64,000 nt of DNA from Salinispira sp. (GTDB lineage: Bacteria > Spirochaetota > Spirochaetia > DSM-27196 > Salinispiraceae), in assembly GCA_965602015.1 (NCBI GenBank), contig OZ271918.1:3712001-3776000 (forward strand), written 5' to 3'. Below are positions 41,101 through 48,916 of this stretch, piece by piece (position 1 is the stretch's first letter; each line of letters opens with the position of its first letter). The notes beneath the pieces are model-generated. The model saw only the letters and a list, made by a program, of their open reading frames with translations. It was not told the DNA's origin and did not search any database. Both the position numbers and the translations under genes were made by a program.

Positions 41101-43581
41101 CGTCTGTTCTATTCCGAAGACGTGGCATTCGGGGACAGCGACGGCGAAGCCGGAGCGGCGGCGGCCGCAGCGGGCTTCAGTTACGATGACGCCCAGCCGG
41201 CGGCGGTCTATACCGACGCCGAACTGACGCTGGCAGCCGACGGCGAGCTCGGCGGGGAAATCCGGCACCTAAGCGACGGCGGGGCAGCGGTGGCCGAAGC
41301 GGTGGAAGTCAGCGGCTACTTCCGTTACAGCAATTCCCAATATTCCGCCCAGTCCGACTTCCACATGATAAAGGGCTCCCGGGACGGCTCTCCGGTGACC
41401 GATACCCTGAGAAAGAATGCGACGAATCAACTGGAGATCTTCCTGGCAGCCCGCTTCGACGCTTCAACCGCCGGACGGGAACACTGGCCCGGATGGTTTT
41501 TCAACGCGCTGGACCCCTACGGAACCGATGACGACGCCATCGAGGTATTGCGCAACAATTTTATCAGCGACCGCAGCGCCAACGCCATTGATTACCTGGA
41601 CAGCACGTTCAGCATCAGCACTGCCGACAATAACTACGGACCGGGAGTAATGGATTTCACAGCGGACCCCGCGGCTACGTTTGACTTCTGGGACGTGGCG
41701 GCTCCGGGAGTCAGCAGCTTCTTTGTCCAGAGCGCGCCTTTTATCCGAGGGGATTTTACCCCGCCTGCAAGCGACTGGTCGCAGAATCACATTCCTACGA
41801 CCCATGAAATAATCATCGGCGATCAGGACTCGGACCAGCAGATGGATCGGCTTGAGCTGTTTATCCAGGACAATTTCTACGCAAAACCCTGGGACTTCGT
41901 CAGCAGCGAAGACAACAGTTTCGCCGACGGTACCTGGAATCCCAATACCGAACACCCCGACACCCGGACCATTGCCGACACCGGCGCGGCAGCCGCTGCA
42001 GTCCCCAGAGGGGTACGGGACAATTCCTTTGGATATTCCGGGACCGGTGCCGAACTGGAGGGTTTCCGTATCGGCGTCATCGGAGCCTCCCATTCCGACG
42101 CCCGGGCGGTGGCGGATTTTACTACCCAGTCATTCGATACCCAGATTCAGAATGCCCTGTTTAACCGAATCATTCCGAATATTATCTCGGTGAGAAGCGA
42201 CCCCTACTTTTCCCTGAACTTTGAGGAATCGGACTTCTCGTGGAACACCGAGGTGGAACTGTACATGACCTACAATGCCTCCCGAGGCTGGGTGACGGAC
42301 CTGGCGGGAAACCTCATGCCTTCCTCGGGTTTTACCCCGTCGGGCGCCGGCGATCCCTTTGAGAACCTGCTTACGCCGGCCCGATACAGCCAGAATCCCT
42401 TCGAGGATAATCTGGGAGAGTCGGGGAAACTTATCGCCATTGAGCGTACGCCCCCGGAAATTCTTTTGACCCTGGGAGCCGTAGGCGGACGGCGCATATT
42501 TCTTCAGTTCACCGAGCCGGTTTTTGGCAGTCCGGCCCTCGACGAGCAAATCGCCGCCAACGATTTCCTCTTCGAGGACGGCAGCAATTCGGTGGTCGGC
42601 ATCGAGTTCGTCGATACCAACACCGACATCGGAAGCGTTCCCGGGGTTGAGAGTCTGTATCTGATACTCAGTAATCCCCTGACCCCCGATATGATCATGA
42701 AAACCAGCATCATAGAGGCTGCGGCCAACGGAGAAATCTGGGACAAGGCCCAAAACTCATACCGGGACGCCGACAGGAAGCCTGTAAGCGATGTGGGCAT
42801 CGGTATAATCGAGCCGGTGTTCGCCACTGACGGAATCCAGCAGGACGACAGCAGGGGCGGCGGTTTTACATCACTCCGGGAATTCGACGGCGAGGGCTTC
42901 CTGGACGATTTGGATATTACACTCTCGGCCTCCTTCGTAGAGGATTTCCCCGCGGATCTCATCGATCTGCCGGTGAACCTGCTCTACGATTTTTCCGTGG
43001 CCGACTCATTTCTGAGCCTGCTTCCCGGCGGAGGCCGCGGCGAGTTCTGGTCGCCTGTGCTGGTACCCGCTCTGGTTACCGCGCCCAACACTTCCGCGCG
43101 GCGGGCCTCCTCCCTGGGAGTTGACGGGGCAATTCGGGACTACCGGATTAATGCCGGCGACCCGGAGATGCAGCGCGGCGAGCTGTTGGAGTTTATTTTT
43201 GAGGTCGGCAACCTGCCGGCGGCCACTGTTGACGACCCCGACGACCCGCTGTCCCTCCGGCCCTGGCGTATCGCCATCGGTGGCATAGTCGAGCAGAGGG
43301 GCGGGGCGACCATTTTGAACAACGTGATCAATCCGGACAACGGCGATCAGACCGTGCTGAATTACCGTATTGACCGCCCCGGCATGGTTGTAATAAACGT
43401 GTTCACCCTGGACGGCGATCTTGTGAGAATTCTCCAACGCGGTCGTCAAGGCGAAGGCCTCTACAACATCGCCTGGGACGGCACCAATAATTCGGGAGAC
43501 ATCGTAGCCCGGGGATTCTATTTCATCCGCATTGTTGCCCCGGGAGTCGATGAAGTCAGAAAGGTATTAGTCGTGAGATAG
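35386..43581 (+). CDS. Giant adhesin-like protein, C-terminal part ending in a FlgD-Ig-like domain; continuation of the 28487 gene
   Basis: Begins mid-repeat without signal peptide; ends INVFTLDGDLVRIL...WDGTNNSGDIVARGFYFIRI...KVLVVR. Confidence 0.85.
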   Translation: MNLIADTAAGQSVTDADNNSLVTGEVVTITARDSIGAAAGLDINTSAVSIDASSTEFADAGDIWINESDAVTLSDIDTVAGDITIAAGGAVIATNVAATGGLVNIAGGGQVDAVLVTTTPDNDANDISISTTNGNINVTTVTAGTGAASDVTLTANTAAGQSVVDANGAAANITAEVLTITAQGSIGAAGAGNDLDTAAVSMAISSSNAGGIWINETDAVTLIDIDTANGLIAITAGAAIDAIDVTSLTDNDANDITLTAAAGNIEVDVINAGLAAGDVNLIADTAAGQSVTDADNNSLVTAEVVTITARDSIGAAAGLDINTSAVSIDASSTELADAGDIWINESDAVTLSDIDTVAGDITIAAGGAVIATNVAATGGLVNIAGGGQVDAVLVTTTPDNDANDISISTTNGNINVTTVTAGTGAASDVTLTANTAAGQSVVDANGAAANITAEVLTITAQGSIGAAGAGNDLDTAAVSMDISSSNAGSIWINETDAVTLSDIDTANGLIAITAGAAIDAIDVTSLTDNDANDITLTASAGNIEVDVINAGLAAGDVNLIADTAAGQSVTDADNNSLVTGEVVTITARDSIGAAAGLDINTSAVSIDASSTEFADAGDIWINESDAVTLSDIDTVAGDITIAAGGAVIATNVAATGGLVNIAGGGQVDAVLVTTTPDNDANDISISTTNGNINVTTVTAGTGAASDVTLTANTAAGQSVVDANGAAANITAEVLTITAQGSIGAAGAGNDLDTAAVSMDISSSNAGDIWINETDAVTLTTIDTVAGDITITAGGAVNAANVAATGGLVNIAAAGLLEAVSVTTTPDNDANDIILSTTIGNIEVTTVTAGLGSASDVTLTANTAAGQSVVDANGAAANISADVLTIDVQGNIAAATADDDLDINANALDVASTNAGGIWINETNDLTVTGADTASGDVVLNVGASVTLDMSAADTMTVSGGDVTVNAELEILASGIPNGNSHIFTDGSVNLNTNGTTGQAIGEGPANAFPYSLPYRPIVFEDTLNELNISGRLTNGAFIMGNPGELALGTVNITGAISFDIYNGGTIYLTRDLTTNGAGISFVQPVRLRPTVGNQINIATSGGAVTFTGTLDDDDVAGPGTNILAINTTAGGLTFTGAVGSNDAPLGLDLTAGAVSIDGGMNLDANGLDVTHSGILDIADITNAADTATFDVISAGDVTSTGTGTATIAGDIRLTAGNLTFNRPVTLTGGVALESAGNLTVNNTLDGAQDLILDVAGAAQFNAAVGTGTPIGDGTGAALTVNSAGTTEFVSTLETAEGLNQDNAAGEITFRENVDINAGGTATAFNADLTLDGMTLTSAGAVSFGNAPGDILTLSTAAVAVDTSANNSTVTFAGDVLGNGINLTVDTGQSGGGTVNVLADLGQAGSRIGTLEIISDLINLGGSGIYSTGDQVYDTEPGDSGTPVADTEGTGTTLEFAANGAIDAGGSDIYFDDLYIDMTGITVTPANVGTIYTDRFTFFNGSLDLAAATPTIRTSDDFVVLGYALSNAIDDPERGPAVNEWEYPEMADFGAFDPGLPYTASFAGGPGLNGITLIVDSDGSAGPAGDDAGDFYVNGTDLAATANWTLTLPDNSASQPLTFGPWGRPYAVVLNSAVSRSQLGAGVTAVINAGGETAAGISTDGGNNTNYDFAAVYTQPSIANGYAAVATPAAGSGYYGWDFTQTDVESAAIVKDDLLRVTFNKPLINVNGELNSAVAGGLFVADPADDAVAFLQAFLDGDAAAGDSPVVDPVQDIAGRSDYMLKTIYLRLPAASNSSWRTDATGSAAPGAQNGGLGWASSTDSLGRRDLPAAATDFGDLIPDLRFIKGGVYGSGGGDYVIADEANSDDIFNLALDEAGPVLWRIEVGRADHAADTLVPADTADAHNYFRLFYSEDVAFGDSDGEAGAAAAAAGFSYDDAQPAAVYTDAELTLAADGELGGEIRHLSDGGAAVAEAVEVSGYFRYSNSQYSAQSDFHMIKGSRDGSPVTDTLRKNATNQLEIFLAARFDASTAGREHWPGWFFNALDPYGTDDDAIEVLRNNFISDRSANAIDYLDSTFSISTADNNYGPGVMDFTADPAATFDFWDVAAPGVSSFFVQSAPFIRGDFTPPASDWSQNHIPTTHEIIIGDQDSDQQMDRLELFIQDNFYAKPWDFVSSEDNSFADGTWNPNTEHPDTRTIADTGAAAAAVPRGVRDNSFGYSGTGAELEGFRIGVIGASHSDARAVADFTTQSFDTQIQNALFNRIIPNIISVRSDPYFSLNFEESDFSWNTEVELYMTYNASRGWVTDLAGNLMPSSGFTPSGAGDPFENLLTPARYSQNPFEDNLGESGKLIAIERTPPEILLTLGAVGGRRIFLQFTEPVFGSPALDEQIAANDFLFEDGSNSVVGIEFVDTNTDIGSVPGVESLYLILSNPLTPDMIMKTSIIEAAANGEIWDKAQNSYRDADRKPVSDVGIGIIEPVFATDGIQQDDSRGGGFTSLREFDGEGFLDDLDITLSASFVEDFPADLIDLPVNLLYDFSVADSFLSLLPGGGRGEFWSPVLVPALVTAPNTSARRASSLGVDGAIRDYRINAGDPEMQRGELLEFIFEVGNLPAATVDDPDDPLSLRPWRIAIGGIVEQRGGATILNNVINPDNGDQTVLNYRIDRPGMVVINVFTLDGDLVRILQRGRQGEGLYNIAWDGTNNSGDIVARGFYFIRIVAPGVDEVRKVLVVR

Positions 43582-43593
43582 CCCGCCGGATTT

Positions 43594-44949
43594 CTACTGG
43601 TCTTCGATATCCGGCGTGTAGGTCAGTGAAGGACTGGCCACAAGAATGCTGCCGGCGTCCAGAAGGTAAACGCTGTCTCCCTGGCTCGGGGAGTAGGGGC
43701 CTGTTCCAAGGGCCGAAGCGCTAATCGACAGTTCAATGACCGCTTCCCGGGGGTCCGCCGGCATGGTTGAAAGCAGGTTCGGCGCGTCGATGGTTATTTC
43801 CGTCCATCCGCCGGATGCATCGGTTGTGGAAAAATTGGCGCTGTAGCTGCGGTTGGCCAGGCTGTCGCTTTGTATATTGCGGATGCCGATGTTTACCGCC
43901 TCTGAGGCGAACCGGTTCGCCGTTGCGGCTGCCGACGGGTCCTGGAGAATAAACAGGGAAAAGGTATAGGTTCCTCCACCGGCCAGGTCCGGCCGGCCCT
44001 CGGCGGCGAAGGGAATAAGCAGCTTAACCGAGTAGTCGGCTTCCGCGGCCAGGAACCGGATATTATCCAGTTCAGCAATAAAGCGCTGGGTTCCCAGCGT
44101 ATCTCCAAGGTAAAGCCTGCGGTATGCAGCATCGGCCTGCATGAAGTTCCCTTTTTCTTCGGGTAAATCTCCGGGAAAAAACACCGCCTGATTGTCTCTG
44201 ATGCCCGGGAGGTCGAAGGCGTAGGGAGCCGGGTTGGCGTCTGCAGTTCCCCCTCCGGCAAAGCCGATGGCGTCGCCGTCGTCGAATTGAAAGACCAGGG
44301 GGTTTTCGCTTCGGAACAGGAAATCCATATGGAAAACATAGCTGTTAACCAGGGGATCTGCCCACGAGCTGACATTAGCCGAGAGGTCGACGAAAACCCG
44401 CTCCAATTCGGTGTCGCCGTCTGTGTCATCCAGATCGACGAAATTTAGCCGCAGGTCACCGCCGCCGGCGTCCAGTATGGAATAGTTTGCGTTGTCGTCG
44501 TCATAGCTGTCGAACCATGAGGCGGCATTTGGTCCGATATTGGCGTCGTCGCTGCCCAAAAACCCCGTGCTTGACTGCTGGAAATCCCCGTTGGCGAACT
44601 GATTCTTCACTTCCAAACGGTAGATTGCCGGCGCTCCTCCCCCGGGACCCTCCGGCAGCTCCGTATACCCGGCGGCTGCCTGGGCGCTGATAAGGTCGGG
44701 GCCGCTGAGGGGTTCAAAAGTGACGAAGTTATTACCCGCTGTCTCAGTGGTTTGATTCGTATTGTCCCAAGAATAGGAAGCGAACCAGCCGCTGTCGGAA
44801 TCGGCTCCCGAACCGAACGGGAAATCCCCGATGAGATTGAGACCTTCATATTCAGCAAAACGGTTTACCGGGTCGCATGACAGCAGGGCTGCCGAGGCAA
44901 GGAGGATAAGGCATGCGTACAGTAATACCGCGGCGGGTTTTTTCATCAT
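43594..44949 (-). CDS. Hypothetical acidic lipoprotein
   Basis: MMKK...ALLSC lipobox; FANGDF motif reminiscent of carbohydrate-binding beta-sandwiches. Confidence 0.75.
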   Translation of the reverse strand: MMKKPAAVLLYACLILLASAALLSCDPVNRFAEYEGLNLIGDFPFGSGADSDSGWFASYSWDNTNQTTETAGNNFVTFEPLSGPDLISAQAAAGYTELPEGPGGGAPAIYRLEVKNQFANGDFQQSSTGFLGSDDANIGPNAASWFDSYDDDNANYSILDAGGGDLRLNFVDLDDTDGDTELERVFVDLSANVSSWADPLVNSYVFHMDFLFRSENPLVFQFDDGDAIGFAGGGTADANPAPYAFDLPGIRDNQAVFFPGDLPEEKGNFMQADAAYRRLYLGDTLGTQRFIAELDNIRFLAAEADYSVKLLIPFAAEGRPDLAGGGTYTFSLFILQDPSAAATANRFASEAVNIGIRNIQSDSLANRSYSANFSTTDASGGWTEITIDAPNLLSTMPADPREAVIELSISASALGTGPYSPSQGDSVYLLDAGSILVASPSLTYTPDIEDQ

Positions 44950-44983
44950 ACTAAAGTATATATCATTTAACGGAATGGATTTC

Positions 44984-45078
44984 AAAAAAAGAGGCCGCAT
45001 CCTTCAGCCCTTCAAGGAGGATAAATGAACCGAAACGGTGAAATCCTAAGAATCAGTTCTGCTGAAGTATGCGACCCC
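44984..45078 (-). ncRNA. Candidate multibranch structured RNA/terminator with CCUCCU loop downstream of bcp
   Basis: 18-bp outer stem 45061-45078/44991-45008 (one mismatch, two GU pairs), short inner hairpins, 7-U tract. Confidence 0.4.
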
Positions 45079-45134
45079 GGGCCATGAGCGGAAGGTAACC
45101 ATCCCACCGCCTGCCGGCGCTGTGTAGCGCTTAC

Positions 45135-45602
45135 TTAAATATAATTCAAAACTTCTTCGCCGTGGGAATCAGTCTTTACTTTTTTAAAGACTTTTTGTAT
45201 AATCCCGACCTCATCAATGACAAAGGTATAGCGAAACGCTCCTTCGGTCACCTTTCCGTACATGTTCTTTTCCCCGTATGCTCCGAAGGCCTTGTGAATG
45301 GTCAGATCCTTATCAACCAGCAGATCAAAGGGGAGGGAGAATTTCTCAATGAAGTTCTGGTGGCTTTTTTCACCGTCCCGGCTGACCCCAAGGACTACTG
45401 CGCCGCGGCTTTGAATTTCACCGTAGTTGTCCCTGAGTGAGCAGGCTTCTTTTGTGCAACCCGGGGTATTGTCTTTCGGATAAAAGTACAGCACCACTTT
45501 TTTTCCTTTCAGATCAGACAGGCTGACGGTTTCTCCCCGCTGATTTGTTCCGCTAAATTCCGGGGCTTTTTGACCGGCCTCGGGTACAGGAAGTTTTTCC
45601 AT
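45135..45602 (-). CDS. bcp: Thioredoxin-dependent thiol peroxidase Bcp
   Basis: LYFYPKDNTPGCTKEAC; AGGAG SD. Confidence 0.95.
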   Translation of the reverse strand: MEKLPVPEAGQKAPEFSGTNQRGETVSLSDLKGKKVVLYFYPKDNTPGCTKEACSLRDNYGEIQSRGAVVLGVSRDGEKSHQNFIEKFSLPFDLLVDKDLTIHKAFGAYGEKNMYGKVTEGAFRYTFVIDEVGIIQKVFKKVKTDSHGEEVLNYI

Positions 45603-45781
45603 GATTTTCTCCTAGAGATTATGTGACAGCGTGAAATATACTGAGGCCCGGGCGCAGGGCATAGGGAATTTCCCGCAAAAACACCGCGCCGGCTGCGGCG
45701 CGGTTTCGGCGCGGTGAGGGAATGTTGATTACATGCTGCGGCGGGGTCTTGGCGCCCGGCCGCGGAGGCGCGCGGAGGCCG

Positions 45782-46090
45782 GACCTTAGCGTTGCCCCGC
45801 ACAGGCCGCGCAGTAGAGGAACCGCGCGTGGCCCAGACCTTAGGGTTGCCCTGCACAGGCGTGGCCGTAGCGGAACCGCGCGGTGGTCCGGACCTTAGGG
45901 TTGCCGCGCACAGGCCGGGCAGTAGCGGTGCCGCGCAGTGGCGTGGCAGTAGCGGAACCGCGCGTGGCCCAGACCTTAGGGTTGCCCCGCACATGCCGGG
46001 CAGTAGCGGAACCGCGCGGTGGCATGGCTGTAGCGGTGCCGCGCGGAGGCCCGGCCAAAGCGGAACCGCGCGTGGCCCAGACCTCAGCGC
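45782..46090. repeat. Degenerate ~27-bp-period intergenic minisatellite built from two unit types
   Basis: GACCT(T/C)AG at 45782, 45836, 45891, 45972 and 46080 (spacings 54, 55, 81, 108), interleaved with GTAGCGG(AA/TG)CCGCGC units. Confidence 0.85.
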
Positions 46091-46111
46091 CGGGGCAGAG
46101 AGGCCGGCGGG

Positions 46112-47158
46112 CTACTTGAAGAGATTGCTGAAAAACTCCTCGGCCTGTTTTGCGGCTTTTTCTACCCCTTCCTGGAGGTTTTCCCCGAGATTGTTGAGGG
46201 TTTTCGCCAGCGGATCCTGACTGCGCTTTAGGTCGTCCTTGTACTGCCGGTATGCCTGCTCAAAGTCTCCCTTGAAATTGTAGCCCTCATCGGAGTCCCG
46301 GCGCAGATAATTGTCCGCGAGAATTTCGGCGTATTTTCCGTCGTCAACCCAGTTCTTTAGCTCCTTTACCCGCAAGACGGGAAACGGATGGGTCTGGCCC
46401 AGGAGATTGAGCAGCTTGTAGACTCCGTCAATCAGGTTCCCGTGAGATTCGTACTCATCGGCCTGGGTCATAAAGTCGTCGATGTTCATCTGCTCGCTTT
46501 CCACTCCTCCGGCGAATTTCATCAGCTTTCCGTACTGCACTTCGGGTTTTTGAAGAACCAGCAGCGCCGCCCGGTCGCAGCTCAGTTCGCTTTTCCGGCT
46601 CCATTCCAGGAGGGCGATGCTGACAGCGAGCAGTACAGCCCGGCTGAAGGGAAGCATTTGAAGTATGCCGGCGCCGGCGGTCAAAAGGAGCTGGCGCAGG
46701 ATGTATTCCATGGTCTTGTACAGCGAATGGCCGCTGAGGATGTGCCCCATTTCATGGGCTATTACCCCCAGAAGCTCGTCCTCGCTGAAATGACGGGCCA
46801 GATCGCTATTGATAACGATAAAGGGCTTATCAACTCCCACCGCAAAGGCGTTGAGAACCGGGGCATTGGTGACAAAAATATCGGGCACGTAATCGCTGTC
46901 CAGAATGCGGGTGGCCTCTCCGAGCATGGCGTGCACCTTCGGATACTGGGTTTCGCTGCAGCGCACGGCGCCCCCCATAAAATACAGCCACAGGCGCTTT
47001 TCCCCCGCCAAACCGATGATGAACTTGATCACCTGGTCAAAACCCGGCACTGCCCGCAGGGCATTCAATGCGGCCCGGTCCGCAGGATGTTCCCAAGCCT
47101 TGGGTGAAATGCCCGTCAGAATTCTGCGTTCTCCGTCGATTATCTTTTTTTCAGCCAT
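46112..47158 (-). CDS. M48 family Zn metallopeptidase
   Basis: NAFAVG, AHEMGH, ELSCDR, THP; GAGG SD. Confidence 0.9.
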   Translation of the reverse strand: MAEKKIIDGERRILTGISPKAWEHPADRAALNALRAVPGFDQVIKFIIGLAGEKRLWLYFMGGAVRCSETQYPKVHAMLGEATRILDSDYVPDIFVTNAPVLNAFAVGVDKPFIVINSDLARHFSEDELLGVIAHEMGHILSGHSLYKTMEYILRQLLLTAGAGILQMLPFSRAVLLAVSIALLEWSRKSELSCDRAALLVLQKPEVQYGKLMKFAGGVESEQMNIDDFMTQADEYESHGNLIDGVYKLLNLLGQTHPFPVLRVKELKNWVDDGKYAEILADNYLRRDSDEGYNFKGDFEQAYRQYKDDLKRSQDPLAKTLNNLGENLQEGVEKAAKQAEEFFSNLFK

Positions 47159-47195
47159 GTATCCTCTCCGTCCCATGTGATGTACAATTCGCCCC

Positions 47196-48122
47196 GTGGC
47201 AAAGACCGGGGCCGTATCAGTAATTATACCCTTCTATAATCGGGTCAACTACCTCGAAGACGCGCTGCGTTCGGTTTTTTTCCAGACCGGGGGAGATATC
47301 CAGCTTATCCTGGCGGACGACGGCTCGAACGACGGTTCCCTGGAACGGGCCCTCGACTGCTGGAAGCGGCTGTCCGCCGAGCATCCATCTCCCGGCGGCG
47401 AGCGCGAGTTGGCATCCTGCACCCTGGAACACAGCGGCATGCCCGGCCTCGTGAGAAACCGCGCCGCCGGTATGGCCGGCGCAGATTTGCTGGCCTTCCT
47501 CGATTCCGACGACTATTGGCTTCCGGAAAAACTTGCCCTCCAGCTGCCCCTTCACCGGCGAACAGCCGGGAGGGCTCCCTTTTTGATATCCCATACCAGG
47601 GAGCAGTGGCTCCGAATGACCGGTGACGGGTCGTTTCGGGAAATCAGTCAGAAGAGTCAGCGCCATCAACGGCGGGGAGACCTGTTCTCCGACTCCCTGT
47701 GGAAGTGCATAATCGGGCCGAGCACCACAGTGATTGACCGGGAATTCTTCCTTAGCCTGGGGGGATTTCGGGAGGATATAAACGTGGCGGAGGACTACGA
47801 ATTCTGGCTGCGGGTAACCGCCGGGGTTCAGGTAGGTTATATTGATACCCCCTGCACGGTAAAACGCGCGGGAATGGCCGGTCAGGATCAACTGTCCGAG
47901 CGCTACGGCCAGATTGAAGGTTTTCGCATCAAGGCTCTCAAGGAGCTGCTGGACCAGTTTGAAGCCCACTTTACCGCCGCCCAGAGACGGGAAGCTCTCA
48001 CGGTTCTGGGGAGAAAGGCGGAAATCTATGCCCAGGGTGCGAAAAAACGCGGGCGGATGGCCGAGTATGAGGACATGATTGCGTTGGCCCGCCGCTGCAC
48101 CCAGCGCAGTACAGAACAATGA
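47196..48122 (+). CDS. Glycosyltransferase family 2
   Basis: VSVIIPFYNR, DDGSNDGS, AFLDSDD, AEDYEFWLR. Confidence 0.93.
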   Translation: MAKTGAVSVIIPFYNRVNYLEDALRSVFFQTGGDIQLILADDGSNDGSLERALDCWKRLSAEHPSPGGERELASCTLEHSGMPGLVRNRAAGMAGADLLAFLDSDDYWLPEKLALQLPLHRRTAGRAPFLISHTREQWLRMTGDGSFREISQKSQRHQRRGDLFSDSLWKCIIGPSTTVIDREFFLSLGGFREDINVAEDYEFWLRVTAGVQVGYIDTPCTVKRAGMAGQDQLSERYGQIEGFRIKALKELLDQFEAHFTAAQRREALTVLGRKAEIYAQGAKKRGRMAEYEDMIALARRCTQRSTEQ

Positions 48123-48135
48123 GGAAAACAGCGTG

Positions 48136-48912
48136 ATGAATCACAATCAAAGCCCTGCCCGCCGACTTTTCGCAGCAGTATCTGCCCTGATAGTAGTCCT
48201 GACCGCATCGTGCAGCGCAACGGCAACCATCGACCTTTTATCTGAACCCTCTGGTACGGCACTTTTGTCCGTGGAAGTTTCCCCTGTCCTCGATGAGTAC
48301 TATCGGGACATCAGCGGGGATTACCAGAGCCCTTCAATTATTGCCGAGGATGCTGTCCGGGAGGGAATGGCCGGCCGCAGCTCGTTCCGTCTGGTATCAT
48401 TTGCCCTCCCCGAACCGCGCAGAGCGGTCATGGCATTGAGCTTCCCTGACATCGCAGGGATTCTGGAAGATGATGAAGGCGCCGCAGAACTCGATTTTAT
48501 TGCTGTGGAACCCGTAGCAGGCGGGGGAAGCCGTTTGTCGATTACCCTTAATGAAGAGAGCGTGCCGGCAATCCTCGGTCTGGGACCGGTGAGTTCAAAC
48601 GTTCTCAGTTCCTACCTGCTCCCGCTGCCCGGCAGCAGCCCGGACCCCCGGCAGTACCGGGAGGATCTGGCATGGGCTCTCGGCGATTATCTCGATGAGG
48701 CTGCGGTGGAAAGTCTGCTCGATACATCTGATCTCATCCTGCGCATCCTGCTGCCCCGGGAACCCCGGGCTGTGGAGGGCGGAGATATCATGAGCGCCGG
48801 AGAAAAACGCCGGGCAGGCCTGCCCGAAAGCCGTCACGCGGTCCAGTTTAAGGTCAATATTATCGAACTCATAACATTATCTGCACCGGAGCAGTTGGCT
48901 GTAATATACTGA
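48136..48912 (+). CDS. Hypothetical lipoprotein
   Basis: VLTASC lipobox; co-directional with neighbours. Confidence 0.7.
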   Translation: MNHNQSPARRLFAAVSALIVVLTASCSATATIDLLSEPSGTALLSVEVSPVLDEYYRDISGDYQSPSIIAEDAVREGMAGRSSFRLVSFALPEPRRAVMALSFPDIAGILEDDEGAAELDFIAVEPVAGGGSRLSITLNEESVPAILGLGPVSSNVLSSYLLPLPGSSPDPRQYREDLAWALGDYLDEAAVESLLDTSDLILRILLPREPRAVEGGDIMSAGEKRRAGLPESRHAVQFKVNIIELITLSAPEQLAVIY

Positions 48913-48916
48913 TTCT

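Noticed and set aside
30142..43449. Many minus-strand ORFs within the giant gene
   Set aside because: Antisense shadows of biased repetitive codons; they recur with the 834-bp period.
45782..46090. CRISPR array
   Set aside because: Inter-repeat segments are themselves repeats, units are degenerate and no cas genes are nearby.
45509..46220. ORFs overlapping the minisatellite
   Set aside because: Low-complexity translations in several frames caused by a GC-rich repeat; no RBS or domain.
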